64,000 bases of DNA from a bacterium (GCA_021821305.1 JAKACP010000001.1:641526-705525); one strand, 5' to 3'. Shown: positions 17,666 through 28,000, counted from the stretch's first letter. Notes: generated by a model from the sequence alone, not told the origin. Made by a program: numbers and translations.

Positions 17666-18301
17666 CTATGCCTTTTCCTGCTGTTCCGCGAGCTTTTTCT
17701 TCATTTCCTTGCGCTCCTGATAGAAGTGGATGAAACCCGGCAAGAACGAGAGTACGATGATGACGAGGACGATCGGGAGGAGATACTTGTCGACGTCATC
17801 CACGAGGTTGCCAAGGAAATATCCGAGCAGGATGAGCCCGGCGACCCAAAGCGCCGCTCCGGCGACATTGTACGCGAAGAATGTCCGGTACCGCATGTTC
17901 GCGACTCCGGCGAGTATCGGCGCGAACGTACGGACGATCGGCATGAACCGCGCGATCATGATCGTCTTGCCTCCGTATTTCTCGTAGAACCGCTGGGTCC
18001 GGACGATGTGCTCCTTCTTGAAGAGAAGCGAGTCCTCCTTGTTGAATATCCGCGGCCCGATGCGCCGGCCGAACTCGTATCCCGCCATGTTGCCCGTCAC
18101 CGCCGCGATGAATATGAGCAGGATGAGGATGAGGACGGAGAAAAATCCCTGTGAGGCGAGGAATCCCGCCACGAAGAGGAGGCTGTCGCCGGGCAGGAAG
18201 AATCCGAGGAAGAGTCCCGTCTCCGCGAACACGATCGCGAAGAGACCCGCGTACCCGACCGCCTTGATGAGCTCGATGAGATCGATGCCGAAGTATTCCA
18301 T
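17666..18301 (-). CDS. DedA/VTT-domain (SNARE-associated) membrane protein
   Basis: GLFLGFFLPGDSLLFVAGFLAS ... RFMPIVRTFAPILAGVANM is typical of the DedA family. Confidence 0.85.
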   Translation of the reverse strand: MEYFGIDLIELIKAVGYAGLFAIVFAETGLFLGFFLPGDSLLFVAGFLASQGFFSVLILILLIFIAAVTGNMAGYEFGRRIGPRIFNKEDSLLFKKEHIVRTQRFYEKYGGKTIMIARFMPIVRTFAPILAGVANMRYRTFFAYNVAGAALWVAGLILLGYFLGNLVDDVDKYLLPIVLVIIVLSFLPGFIHFYQERKEMKKKLAEQQEKA

Positions 18302-18320
18302 ATCAGATCGACTAAACGTA

Positions 18321-20423
18321 TTATACCCGCCGGAACTCGCGCTCCTTCAGCTCATTATACAACAGAATGGAGAGTTTCGGCGATATCATCTCGTTTTCGG
18401 TAAGATCGTCGAGCACGTGCTCCTCGGCCTTGAAGAGGCCGCGACGACCGAACGCCTCGTCGAGCGCCTCGAGGTCCTTGCGGTGCTCCGCGAAGACGGC
18501 ATCGCGTTTTTCAGCCGATCCGCGCTCGAATTCGCGATAAAGCGCGATCACCTTCTCGAAGGTCCGGCCATCGCCGAAGGACTCCGCTCCGCCCTGCGAG
18601 ACGAAAGACGAGAGATGCTTCACGACCTTCCGAGCGATGATATTCTGCGCGCGATACCGCATATACCGCTCTCTGACAGCCTCGCCGGGTTTTACCGGAC
18701 CGAGGAATAATCGTCTGAATATGCCCACGAACTGCTCGAACCAGTCCTCGGGAAACGCTTCGTCGAGCGAGAGAAGCTGTTCCTCGCCGCGCTCCACCCG
18801 CGTGTGCTGGACATGAAGTTTGGCGAGTATGCGTTTGTATACGGGCTCAGTGATCTCCTCATACCGGAACAGCACCCGGAGGAAATGCCGCTCGATGCCG
18901 AGCGCATAGGCGCGGAGCGCCTGTTCCGCGAGTCCCCGATCCGATTCGGAGAACTGCTCGCGGCAGTGCTGCTGGGCCAGGACGTATTCGGCATCATGTT
19001 CCGCCCGGAGCTTGCGATACACCTCCTCGTCGACATAGCGCTTTTCCATGAGACGGTCGAGTTTGGCGATGGCCTGGGCGTGGATGAGCGAGCGCGCCTG
19101 ATGGTACTGCGCTTCCTCGAGGGCATGGAGATTCCCCACGCGGAGCCGCTTCATGACCCCGCTCATCATCGTCGCCTTGATGAAGAGGGTGAAATAGATA
19201 CAACCGATCGTGAGCGCGGCGATGAACTCCTTGACCGAGAACGGGTATTCCCATCCCGGGATCGTCGCTCCGTCCGGGATGAGGAGCACCATCGTGACGG
19301 CGAGCGCGCCGCGCAGACTCCCCCAGGAGAGGAGGTGCTGCCAGGATTTCGGGATCTCGTCTTCCCCGGAAAAGCGGTTGAGAAGGGCGACGACCGGATA
19401 GATCGAGACGGCCCGGGCGGCCGCCACGACGACGATGACGATCGCGATCGGCAATACGAACTGAGCGAAATCGATGGAAAGCCCGGCGAAGAGGAGCCCC
19501 ATGAGGATGAATACGAGGGAATTCGCCACGAAGGCGAAATACCCCCAGAACTTCTCCATGTACTCCTCGACCCGCGGCGAGATCTTCGCTCGGCCATAGT
19601 TTCCGATGACCATGGCCGCCACCACGGTCGCGATGATGGACGAGAGTTTCGCCTCATGGCCGAAGATGACCAGATGCTCCGATACGACCTCCGAGAGGAG
19701 GAACGTGAAGTGCGCCGCGAGCATGGTGAGCGTGATCTCCACGTGCTCGTTGTCCTTGACCAGTCCGATGAGTTTCGAAAAGAAGATTCCCATGAGGAGA
19801 CCGAACATCACGCCGCCCGCCAGCATGAACGAAAACAGGAAGACGCCCTCCCCGACCGACTCCCAACCGGAAAATCCGGCGAGGAAGATCTCGAGCGCCA
19901 CGAGAAAGAGCGCGAACGATGTCCCGTCGTTGAAGAGGCTCTCCCCCTCGAACAGGAGCGAGAGTCTCCGCGGGGCGCCGAATTCCTTGAAAAGCGCGAG
20001 CACCGCGACCGGATCCGTCGCGGAGATGAGCGCGCCGAAGAGGAGCGCGACGATGAACGGCACGTCGAAGCCGATGAGCTGGAAACCGAAGTAGACGCCG
20101 ACCGCCACGACCGCGGTCGAGATGAGCAGGCTCGCCACCGACAGCCATCCGATCGAGCGGACATTCTCCGCGAATTCCCGGACGTTCATGTTGTACGCGG
20201 ACTCGAAGATGAGAATCGGGAGGAACACGAAGAACAGGAGTTCGGGCGTGAGCTCGAAGCTTCGGATGAACGAAAGCGCCGGGATGCTCGTGAGCGGGAC
20301 GAGAAGCGACCCGGCGAGGACGAGGAGCACCGTATAGGGCACGCGGATTTTCCGCGAGACAGCGAAGATACCGACCGAAATGAGAACGAGCGCGAAGAAC
20401 GCGAGAAAGACTTCGATGTGCAT
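18321..20423 (-). CDS. Na+/H+ antiporter, CPA1 (NhaP-type) with C-terminal cytoplasmic regulatory domain
   Basis: 12-13 TM helices with an ATDPVAVLALF motif and a long helical C-terminal tail. ATG at 20423 (MHIEVFL...). Confidence 0.8.
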   Translation of the reverse strand: MHIEVFLAFFALVLISVGIFAVSRKIRVPYTVLLVLAGSLLVPLTSIPALSFIRSFELTPELLFFVFLPILIFESAYNMNVREFAENVRSIGWLSVASLLISTAVVAVGVYFGFQLIGFDVPFIVALLFGALISATDPVAVLALFKEFGAPRRLSLLFEGESLFNDGTSFALFLVALEIFLAGFSGWESVGEGVFLFSFMLAGGVMFGLLMGIFFSKLIGLVKDNEHVEITLTMLAAHFTFLLSEVVSEHLVIFGHEAKLSSIIATVVAAMVIGNYGRAKISPRVEEYMEKFWGYFAFVANSLVFILMGLLFAGLSIDFAQFVLPIAIVIVVVAAARAVSIYPVVALLNRFSGEDEIPKSWQHLLSWGSLRGALAVTMVLLIPDGATIPGWEYPFSVKEFIAALTIGCIYFTLFIKATMMSGVMKRLRVGNLHALEEAQYHQARSLIHAQAIAKLDRLMEKRYVDEEVYRKLRAEHDAEYVLAQQHCREQFSESDRGLAEQALRAYALGIERHFLRVLFRYEEITEPVYKRILAKLHVQHTRVERGEEQLLSLDEAFPEDWFEQFVGIFRRLFLGPVKPGEAVRERYMRYRAQNIIARKVVKHLSSFVSQGGAESFGDGRTFEKVIALYREFERGSAEKRDAVFAEHRKDLEALDEAFGRRGLFKAEEHVLDDLTENEMISPKLSILLYNELKEREFRRV

Positions 20424-20542
20424 AAGAAAAACAGAAATACCGCGTCCCCCCGTATGGGTCCGGATTCTCGTATCATATGTGGATAAACGCCGGGTGCCCG
20501 GCAAAACATCGTAATCCTACTCCCGGCGTACATGCCTGTCAA

Positions 20543-20568
20543 CAAAAAACCCCGATCGAAATCGGGGT
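20543..20568 (-). terminator. Rho-independent terminator after rplL
   Basis: ccccgat-cgaaa-atcgggg perfect stem with an A6 run at 20544-20549, which gives U6 after the hairpin on the minus strand. Confidence 0.6.
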
Positions 20569-20590
20569 TTTCCGGACAGGATGTCCTGGC

Positions 20591-21004
<414 letters not shown>

Positions 21005-21052
21005 AACTTTACGTTAATTGCCTGATTATTATATCGAACACACCGATGGAAA

Positions 21053-21574
21053 CTACGCCTTCTTCTCGGCCACCGCGGAAAGCACCCGCACCAGACCGGA
21101 GAGATTCCCCGACAACGTCCGGACGAATCCGGCGATCGGCGCCTGGAGCGTCCCGGCGAGGGTACCGCGGAGCTCGTCCTTCGACGGAAGCTTCGCGAGC
21201 GCCTTCACCTCGGCCGCCGACAACGCCTTGCCTTCGAGCGCCCCGCCGACGATCGAGAGCTTCATGTCCTTGTTCGCCTTCACGTAATCCGCGATCGCCT
21301 TGGCCGCGGAGACCTCGTCGGTCGAGAACGCGACACCTACCTGTCCCTCGAGCTTCCGGGCATCGACCGCGATGCCGGCATCGGAGAGCGCGATGTTGAG
21401 GATGGTCTTCTTGAGGATCTGGAACCGCGAACCGCTCTTGCGGAGCTCGGCCCTGATCTCGGAAAGCTGCTTCACGGTCACGCCCTTGTAATCCGAGAAC
21501 ACCAGCGCCTTGGCTTCCTTGGCGCTCTCCGTGACCTGCTTGAGAAGCGATTCCTTTTCTGCTCGTTTCATCAT
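21053..21574 (-). CDS. rplJ: 50S ribosomal protein L10
   Basis: MMKRAEKESLLKQVTESAKEAKALVFSDYKGVTVKQLSEIRAELRKSG...; ATG-ATG at 21569-21574. Confidence 0.9.
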   Translation of the reverse strand: MMKRAEKESLLKQVTESAKEAKALVFSDYKGVTVKQLSEIRAELRKSGSRFQILKKTILNIALSDAGIAVDARKLEGQVGVAFSTDEVSAAKAIADYVKANKDMKLSIVGGALEGKALSAAEVKALAKLPSKDELRGTLAGTLQAPIAGFVRTLSGNLSGLVRVLSAVAEKKA

Positions 21575-21738
21575 ATGTTTCCGTACAAACAAAAAACTGC
21601 GGTTTCCCGCAGACAAAAGGAAGTCGGTCGACCTCCCGTTCCCTCGTGAGGACTTCCCTCCGATTCCTCTCGGAGCGCCTCATGTCTGCGGAAACGATAC
21701 TATGGGACTATTGTAAAATCCTTTCCGGCATCTGTCAA
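21575..21738 (-). promoter_or_regulatory. rplJ leader with an intrinsic terminator/attenuator hairpin about 15 nt upstream of the start codon (candidate L10-L12 autoregulatory leader)
   Basis: Hairpin ctgcgg-tttc-ccgcag at 21597-21612, followed on the minus strand by uuuuuu (21591-21596) and then the rplJ ATG. No room for a separate promoter, so readthrough is implied. Confidence 0.35.
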
Positions 21739-22161
21739 CTATGCCGCCTTCTCCTCGACCGGAGCTTCCGCGGGGACTTCCGCCGCGACCGTCTCCGCAA
21801 GAGCCTCTTCTTTCGCTTCCTCGGCGGGCGCTTCGGCGACAGGAGCCTCGGCAACCGGAGCTTCGGCTTCCGGAGCCGGCTCTTCCTTCGCCTTCGGCTT
21901 CTCCATCTTGATCGCGCGCTTCGCGTCCGTCAGGACCCCTTCTTTCACGAGAAGGTTGTGCACCGAGTCGGAGGGCTGTGCACCGAGACCGATCCAGTGA
22001 AGGATGCGCTCCTTCTTGAGCACGATCTGCTTCATGTGCGGCTCGTAAGAGCCGAGCATCTCGACGTGCTTGCGGCCCGGGGCGCGCCCCTTTTCCTGGA
22101 GCACGATGCGGAACGCGGCCTGGTTCTTTTTCCCGATGCGGTTGAATCGAATTGCGAGCAT
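21739..22161 (-). CDS. rpsP: 30S ribosomal protein S16 with Ala/Glu/Pro-rich C-terminal extension
   Basis: MLAIRFNRIGKKNQAAFRIVLQEKGRAPGRKHVEMLGSYEP matches S16. C-terminal AEAPV repeats. Confidence 0.85.
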   Translation of the reverse strand: MLAIRFNRIGKKNQAAFRIVLQEKGRAPGRKHVEMLGSYEPHMKQIVLKKERILHWIGLGAQPSDSVHNLLVKEGVLTDAKRAIKMEKPKAKEEPAPEAEAPVAEAPVAEAPAEEAKEEALAETVAAEVPAEAPVEEKAA

Positions 22162-22293
22162 AATATCTATGAGAGTATCAAAAAAAGCCTTGCCTTAGGC
22201 TGTCAGAAACCATCGTACCGTGGATCGGATGGATTGTCAACACCCCGTAAGACGGGAAACCGGCCGAAGCGAGCCATCCATTCCTGACCCCTG

Positions 22294-24627
22294 TCATTTC
22301 GCTTCCTTCCCGCGGACCTTCTCCGCCTCCTCGAGGTGGAGGGAGAGGATCTGGGAGACGCCGTCCTCACCCATGGTGACACCGTAGAGGAGCGACGCTT
22401 CGCGCATGGTCTGGCGGTTATGCGTGATGACGATGAACTGGGTCCGGTCCGAGAGCTCGCGGAGGACCTTGCCGAAACGCTTGGAGTTGGCCTCGTCGAG
22501 CGCGGCCTCGACCTCGTCGAGCACGGCGAACGGCGGCGGGTTGTGCGAGATGATCGCGAAGAGGAGCGCGAGCGACGTGAGCGACCGCTCCCCGCCGGAG
22601 AGCATGGAGAGGTTCGTGATCTTCTTTCCGGGCGGGCAGGCAGAGATGTCGATACCGGCCGTGACGGTCTCCCCTTCCGCTTCGACGTCGGCATCGGACT
22701 CCTCGGCTCCCTCCTCCGGTTGCTTGATCTTCGGCTTGGTCTTGATGAGTTCCGCCTTGCCGCCGTTGAAGATGAGGGAAAAATAGTGTTCGAACTTCGC
22801 GGCGATCTCGGTGAACGCGCGGGAGAATTCCTTCTCGATGCGCTCGTCCATCTCGGCGATGACCTCCTCGAGCGACACCATCGCGCGGCGCAGGTCCGCC
22901 GACTCGTTCGTGAGGAACTCGAACCGCTTGCTCGTTTCCTCGTACTCCTCTGCGACCATGGGGTCGATGGCGCCGATGCGTTCCGCCTCGCCCTTGAGCC
23001 GGGCGATGTCGCGCGTCAAGGTATCGCGGTCGCGGGGATTCCCGTCCCAGGACAGATCGCGCACGTCCATCGAGAGTTCGTCGCGCACCTCGCTTATGAG
23101 ATCCTCCTCGCGCACCTCGACGCGCGCCAGACGGATCTTGACCTCGTTCAACGCATCCTTGCGCGCCGACAGCTCGCGGTCCTTCTCGCGGAGCGCTTTT
23201 TCGATATGGAAATACCGTTCCCGGCTCTCGCGGCCCTTCTCACGTTCGGCGCGGGTCGCTTCCTCCTTCGCTCCGATATCCGTGAGAAGCGCTTCCATAC
23301 TCTGCGCGAGCGCGTCCTTTTCCGCACGGTACGCGGCGAGGCGCGCGTCGCTCTCGCGTTTCTCGTCTTCCGGTAGGGAGATGATCACCTTTTCGGTCAC
23401 CGTGCCCGCTTCGACTTTGGCATCGAGATCGACGAGCTCCTGATTGATCGCCCGGGCGAACTCGCGGAGATCCTGTATGTCCTCGAGCTTCTCCACGTTT
23501 CCGAGACGCTCCACGAGCGTGTTCTGGTTCGCGCGGACCCGATCGAGCGCATGCCTGATATAGCCGAGGTCGACGGGTATCGTCCGGATTTCCTCGCGAT
23601 CCTTCCGTTTTTCCTCCTCGACTTCGATCCGTCCGGAGAGGACCGCCGCATCGCGTTCGAACCCATGGAGCTTTTCGCGGAGCGCGTTCGCTTCCCGGAG
23701 AAGCTCCTCGGCCCGACCTCCCTCCTCGAGCGCGCCGGAAAGGGTGGCGACTTCCTCGCGAAGCGTGTCCGTCTCCCGCTCGAGCATGCCGGTCTCGCGC
23801 GCGAGGCGCTCGCGCTCCTCGGCGAGCCCGCCGCGCTCCGTCTGAAATGTCTGCCAGAGGAACCCGTAGAGTTCGATCTGTTTCGAGAGGAGTTTCTCGG
23901 ATATGTCCTTGCCCTGCGACGCGCGTTCGGCCTGGCGTTTCAATATGCGTAGGTGCGGTTCGATCTCCCGGATAAGCGTATCTGCCTGGGCGAGGTTTTC
24001 CCGCGTCGTCGCGAGCCTGCGGAGCGCGCGTTCCTTCTGGAGCTGGTACTGTTTGACGCCGGCCGCATCCTCGAACATCGATCGCCGTTCCGCCGGCGTG
24101 GCGGACAAGACGGCATCGCTCATGCCCTGGGTGATGACGGAGTAGCTGTCCTTGCCGATACCCGCCTTGGCGAGGAGATCGGCGATATCGAGCAGGCGGA
24201 CTTTCGCCCCGTTGATGAGGAACTCACTCTCCCCGCTCCGATGGAGTTTGCGGGTGATCGAGACCTCCTCGTATTCGATCGGGATCCGGTGGTCGCGATT
24301 TTCGAAAAAAAGCGTCACGGACGCGCTGCCGATCTTGGCCCGCTTGGCCGTCCCGGCGAAGATGACATCCTCGGATTTCTTCCCGCGGAGATTCTTGGTC
24401 GACTGCTCGCCGATCGCCCAGCGTATGGCGTCGGCCACGTTGGACTTGCCGGAGCCGTTCGGCCCGACGATGGCGGTGATCCCCCTGCCCGAAACGCTTC
24501 GCGTATCGATGCGGGCGGGCTTGGTCGCGACGGACCGATCCTTGGTGTCTCCCGGCGGCGAAAAATCAAGCACCGTCCGGCTGGCGAACGACTTGAATCC
24601 GGAAATTTCTATGCGGCGAAGAAACAT
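22294..24627 (-). CDS. smc: SMC-family chromosome segregation ATPase, unusually short (777 aa) with no recognisable hinge
   Basis: N-terminal head FLRRIEISGFKSFA...ITAIVGPNGSGKSNVADAIRWAIGEQSTKNLRG (Walker A); C-terminal LSGGERSLTSLALLFAI signature and FAVLDEVEAALD (Walker B). Only about 330 aa of coiled coil between the heads. rnc lies upstream, as in the Firmicute rnc-smc synteny. ATG at 24627. Confidence 0.75.
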   Translation of the reverse strand: MFLRRIEISGFKSFASRTVLDFSPPGDTKDRSVATKPARIDTRSVSGRGITAIVGPNGSGKSNVADAIRWAIGEQSTKNLRGKKSEDVIFAGTAKRAKIGSASVTLFFENRDHRIPIEYEEVSITRKLHRSGESEFLINGAKVRLLDIADLLAKAGIGKDSYSVITQGMSDAVLSATPAERRSMFEDAAGVKQYQLQKERALRRLATTRENLAQADTLIREIEPHLRILKRQAERASQGKDISEKLLSKQIELYGFLWQTFQTERGGLAEERERLARETGMLERETDTLREEVATLSGALEEGGRAEELLREANALREKLHGFERDAAVLSGRIEVEEEKRKDREEIRTIPVDLGYIRHALDRVRANQNTLVERLGNVEKLEDIQDLREFARAINQELVDLDAKVEAGTVTEKVIISLPEDEKRESDARLAAYRAEKDALAQSMEALLTDIGAKEEATRAEREKGRESRERYFHIEKALREKDRELSARKDALNEVKIRLARVEVREEDLISEVRDELSMDVRDLSWDGNPRDRDTLTRDIARLKGEAERIGAIDPMVAEEYEETSKRFEFLTNESADLRRAMVSLEEVIAEMDERIEKEFSRAFTEIAAKFEHYFSLIFNGGKAELIKTKPKIKQPEEGAEESDADVEAEGETVTAGIDISACPPGKKITNLSMLSGGERSLTSLALLFAIISHNPPPFAVLDEVEAALDEANSKRFGKVLRELSDRTQFIVITHNRQTMREASLLYGVTMGEDGVSQILSLHLEEAEKVRGKEAK

Positions 24628-24770
24628 AATTGGGTCAACAGACAAGAAAGGACAATGGGTATGCCCTTTCTTCCGATTTTCTCCAGTATATCGGATTCCG
24701 GACAAAAAGAAAAAGGCTCCGTTCGGAACCTTCAGGAACGCCCTGGAAATGACAGCGGTGATGCGGCCGT

Positions 24771-24953
24771 TTATCGACGTTTCGTGTCGATCCATCCGTC
24801 CAATTGACGCATCTGCCGCTCCGTGGCGGCGTCGGCGCGGGACATGATCACGAACACCTCCTCATCCAAAGACTTCAAATGATCCGGTTCCGTCACCGGA
24901 ATCCGCGAGACGAGCTCTCTCATCTCCTGCGCCAAATCACGATTTTCCGACAT
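24771..24953 (-). CDS. hypothetical small protein (60 aa) between rnc and smc
   Basis: ATG start; fills the rnc-smc spacer; no family. Confidence 0.25.
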   Translation of the reverse strand: MSENRDLAQEMRELVSRIPVTEPDHLKSLDEEVFVIMSRADAATERQMRQLDGWIDTKRR

Positions 24954-25026
24954 GATGCCTTCCCTCTTGAAAAGCCTACAAAGAACCAGGCGTATATATT
25001 ACACCACATCCTATCCGGAAGTCAAC

Positions 25027-25719
25027 CTACCAGCCTTTTTTCACGATAGCGGCCTCGGCGGCCGAGCGCTGGGATTCCTGTTTCGACAGGCCGGTCCCTT
25101 CCGCGACGAGTTCTTCGCCGAGGAACACTCCGGACACGAATTGGCGGTCATGATCCGGCCCCGATTCCTTGAGGATGCGGTAGCTCGGCGTGACGCCCAT
25201 CTTGGCCTGCGCCATTTCCTGGAAGCGGCTCTTCGGATCGGCATAGGAGCCGGATTCGATGACGTTCGGAAGCTCGGAGAGGATCTTTTCCGCGATGAAG
25301 GCCTTGGCGGCATCGTACCCCGAATCGAGGTAGAGGGCGCCGATCACGGACTCCATTGCGTTCGCGAGGAGCCACATGCGGGCGCGACCCATGTCCTTGG
25401 CCTCGCCCTTGCTCATGAGGAGATAGTCTCCGAGTCCCATGCGACCCGCGATAGCGGAGAGCATCTCGCCGTTGACGAGCGCCGCCCGGAAACTCGTCAG
25501 TTCCCCTTCCGGATTCGGGAAGTGGGCATAGAGATACTCCGTCACGACGAGCTCCAAGACCGCGTCCCCGAGAAACTCGAGCCGCTCGTTGTGCGCCAGC
25601 TTGTAGTCCCGATGCTCGTTGAGATAGGAGCGATGGGTGATAGCTTCTTGAAAAAGTTCGCGATTCCTCACCGGAATGCCAAGCTTTTTCGAAAAGCCCT
25701 CCGCGTCGAATATGTCCAT
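25027..25719 (-). CDS. rnc: ribonuclease III
   Basis: HRSYLNE...NERLEFLGDAVLELVVTEYLY RNase III signature plus C-terminal dsRBD (SYRILKESGPDHDRQFVSGVFLGEELVAEGTGLSKQESQRSAAEAAI). Confidence 0.9.
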   Translation of the reverse strand: MDIFDAEGFSKKLGIPVRNRELFQEAITHRSYLNEHRDYKLAHNERLEFLGDAVLELVVTEYLYAHFPNPEGELTSFRAALVNGEMLSAIAGRMGLGDYLLMSKGEAKDMGRARMWLLANAMESVIGALYLDSGYDAAKAFIAEKILSELPNVIESGSYADPKSRFQEMAQAKMGVTPSYRILKESGPDHDRQFVSGVFLGEELVAEGTGLSKQESQRSAAEAAIVKKGW

Positions 25720-25738
25720 ATCGAAAATATTTACATTC

Positions 25739-26302
25739 CTATTCCGTCGATTCGGGTTTTGTCTTTTTCACCTCTTTCTTGGCCTTCTTTTTCTCGGCCG
25801 GTTCGGCGTCTGCGGTCTCCTGCTCTTTTCTGATCTCCTCGATACGGGCCCTGCGCTTTTCCGACGAATCGTCCTTCATCGGCTCGCCCATCTCGCGATA
25901 TATCGTCCCGAGCACGCCGTTGACGAACTTCGGGGAGCTGTCGGATCCGAACGACTTCGCGAGCTCGATCGCCTCGTTGATCGCCACCTTGGGCGGCACC
26001 TCGTCGTAGTCCCCGAACAGGAGTTCGAAGATTCCGAGCCGCAGTATCGAGCGGTCGACGGACGCGATCTGGTCGAGCGGCCACTCGGGCGCGCACTTCT
26101 CGATCAGCTTGTCGATGGTGGCGCGTTCCTTGGCCGTTCCCTCCACGAGGCGGAGCGCAAAATGTTCGCCCTCGAGTCCGGGAGCGAATTCGACGAGATT
26201 CCGCTTGACGGTGTCCATCTCGGTACCCGGCTTGCATCCGGAAAAGTCCCACTCATAAAGCGCCTGCATCGCGACGGATCGCTGGAGGTGACGATTGGCC
26301 AT
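25739..26302 (-). CDS. nusB: transcription antitermination factor NusB with K/E-rich C-terminal tail
   Basis: [20 protein letters not shown]...[14 protein letters not shown] at 26302. Confidence 0.8.
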   Translation of the reverse strand: MANRHLQRSVAMQALYEWDFSGCKPGTEMDTVKRNLVEFAPGLEGEHFALRLVEGTAKERATIDKLIEKCAPEWPLDQIASVDRSILRLGIFELLFGDYDEVPPKVAINEAIELAKSFGSDSSPKFVNGVLGTIYREMGEPMKDDSSEKRRARIEEIRKEQETADAEPAEKKKAKKEVKKTKPESTE

Positions 26303-26353
26303 AGAGGAAAAGAACTTATTTTTTATGTCGTACAACGGAAAAAAGGCTTTTTA

Positions 26354-26563
26354 TCAAGCCTTTTTCTTTCCCTTCGCGAGCTTCGGAGCGGTCTTCCTGA
26401 GAATGGTCCGGCCGCGGTAATCCCCGCACTTCGGGCAGGCGCGATGGGAAATGACGGGGGCGCCGCATTTCTTGCACTCCTGGGTCTTGGTCGGCTTCAT
26501 CTCGAGTTCGCGGCGGGCGCGATCACGGCGTTCGGTCGTATGTCTCTGCTTCGGCAATGCCAT
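26354..26563 (-). CDS. rpmF: 50S ribosomal protein L32
   Basis: MALPKQRHTTERRDRARR...CKKCGAP...CPKCG zinc ribbon, typical of L32. Confidence 0.8.
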   Translation of the reverse strand: MALPKQRHTTERRDRARRELEMKPTKTQECKKCGAPVISHRACPKCGDYRGRTILRKTAPKLAKGKKKA

Positions 26564-26691
26564 AACGGTGCTATAAATCGGTTACAAGAGCGCGCATCAG
26601 CGCTTTCAGGGAGAAGAATACCATCGCCGCTCCGTTTTGGCAAGAGTGGGCGCGGCTTGCGTTGAAATCGGAAACGCGGAACAATGGAAAC

Positions 26692-27231
26692 ATGTCACAC
26701 CCCACCGCAATACGAGCCTTTTCCGACGACATCATATTCGGCGATGCCGAGTTCACTTCGCTCGATCCCGTGGAGGGCGAGATCCTCTCGCTCGCGCTCG
26801 TGAAACCCTCGGGCGAGGAATTTTCCGTCGAACTCGAGACTCCAGAAAACACGCCTGTCGATCCATGGGTCCGGGAACACGTCTTCCCTCATCTGTCCGG
26901 AGAAAAAGTCTCCCGCGAGGAGGCCTGCGAGCGGATCCGCACATTCGTCGGCGATTCGAACCCGTTCCTCGTGACCTATGTGAACCAGTTCGACGTCGTC
27001 TTCCTCCACAAGCTCTTCGGACTCAACCAGTGGCCGTTCCGCTGGCTCCCGCTCGATTTCGCGTCGATGCTCTTCTCGGCCGGATACGATCCCGAAAAAC
27101 TGTTCGATGCCGACAAAGCGCTCTCCCGTTCGCTCGACATCCCCCGCTCCGAGGCGCACCGGGTCCACGAGGCGCTCAACGACGCCCGCCTCCTCCGGGA
27201 TGTCTACCGGAAGCTTCTTGGGGGCCGCTAA
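26692..27231 (+). CDS. DEDDh-family 3'-5' exonuclease (DnaQ/RNase T/oligoribonuclease-like)
   Basis: Exo I GDAEFTSLD..EILS; Exo II YVNQFDVVFL; Exo III HEALNDARLL. ATG at 26692; the track start at 26662 is a TTG. Confidence 0.7.
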   Translation: MSHPTAIRAFSDDIIFGDAEFTSLDPVEGEILSLALVKPSGEEFSVELETPENTPVDPWVREHVFPHLSGEKVSREEACERIRTFVGDSNPFLVTYVNQFDVVFLHKLFGLNQWPFRWLPLDFASMLFSAGYDPEKLFDADKALSRSLDIPRSEAHRVHEALNDARLLRDVYRKLLGGR

Positions 27232-27947
27232 CGCTTCTTCCGCGAGAGCAGATTCCGGTTCACGTTCTCCGGAACCGAATAGAAGACCGGCTTGAAGCTC
27301 ATGCGGTGTATCGGACAGGCGCCGTGTTTGCGGAGCGCGTCCATATGCTCCTTGGTGCCGTAGCCCTTGTGTCGGACGAATCCGTAGACCGGATACGCCT
27401 CATCGTATTCGAGCATCATCCGGTCGCGGGTCACCTTGGCGACGATCGATGCGGCGGCGATGGACCGTACGAGCGCGTCGCCGTCGATGATCGCCTCCTG
27501 CGCCAGCGTCAGATTCGGGATCTTCATATTTCCGTCGACGAGGAGCAGCATGTCCTCCGTAGCGGCCCCCGTCTCCCGCTCCGCGCTGATCACCCGTTTC
27601 AGGTCGGCGACCGCCTCCTTCATGGCGAGAAACGTCGCCTCGAGGATATTCATCCGATCGATCGTCCCGGAATGGACGATGCCGGTGCCGACGAGGAAGT
27701 GTTCGCGCACGAACCCGTACATCTCGTCCCGCTTCTTTTCCGAAAGTGTCTTGGAATCCCGGATGAACCGGAATTGCTTCCGGATGTCCTCGGGCACGAC
27801 GAACCCCGCCTGGTCGCGATAGGCGGCCGCGACGGCGACCACCGGCCCGGCGAGCGGTCCGCGGCCCGCCTCGTCGATCCCGACGATGACGGTACGGATT
27901 CCTCGCTCACGGCAGGCCATTTCTTTTTGAAACGTCGGTTCTTGCAT
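27228..27947 (-). CDS. rnhB: ribonuclease HII
   Basis: IVGIDEAGRGPLAGPVVAVA, plus DSK and VLVDG motifs. ATG at 27947 (MQEPTFQ...); the track extension to 28151 has no support. Confidence 0.85.
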   Translation of the reverse strand: MQEPTFQKEMACRERGIRTVIVGIDEAGRGPLAGPVVAVAAAYRDQAGFVVPEDIRKQFRFIRDSKTLSEKKRDEMYGFVREHFLVGTGIVHSGTIDRMNILEATFLAMKEAVADLKRVISAERETGAATEDMLLLVDGNMKIPNLTLAQEAIIDGDALVRSIAAASIVAKVTRDRMMLEYDEAYPVYGFVRHKGYGTKEHMDALRKHGACPIHRMSFKPVFYSVPENVNRNLLSRKKR

Positions 27948-28000
27948 AGGTTTCCTTTTCAGTATAGACTGCGACGTTCTTTTCAAACAAGGAGGGAGAA

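Noticed and set aside
24628-24795. N-terminal extensions in the ORF track: SMC to 24795, rnhB to 28151, gnd from 1439, pgl from 2236, GGDEF to 8643, mltG to 45471
   Set aside because: The upstream portions start at TTG/GTG or lack any start. They show no homology and overlap neighbouring genes or promoters. Conserved N-termini begin at the internal ATGs used in the feature table.
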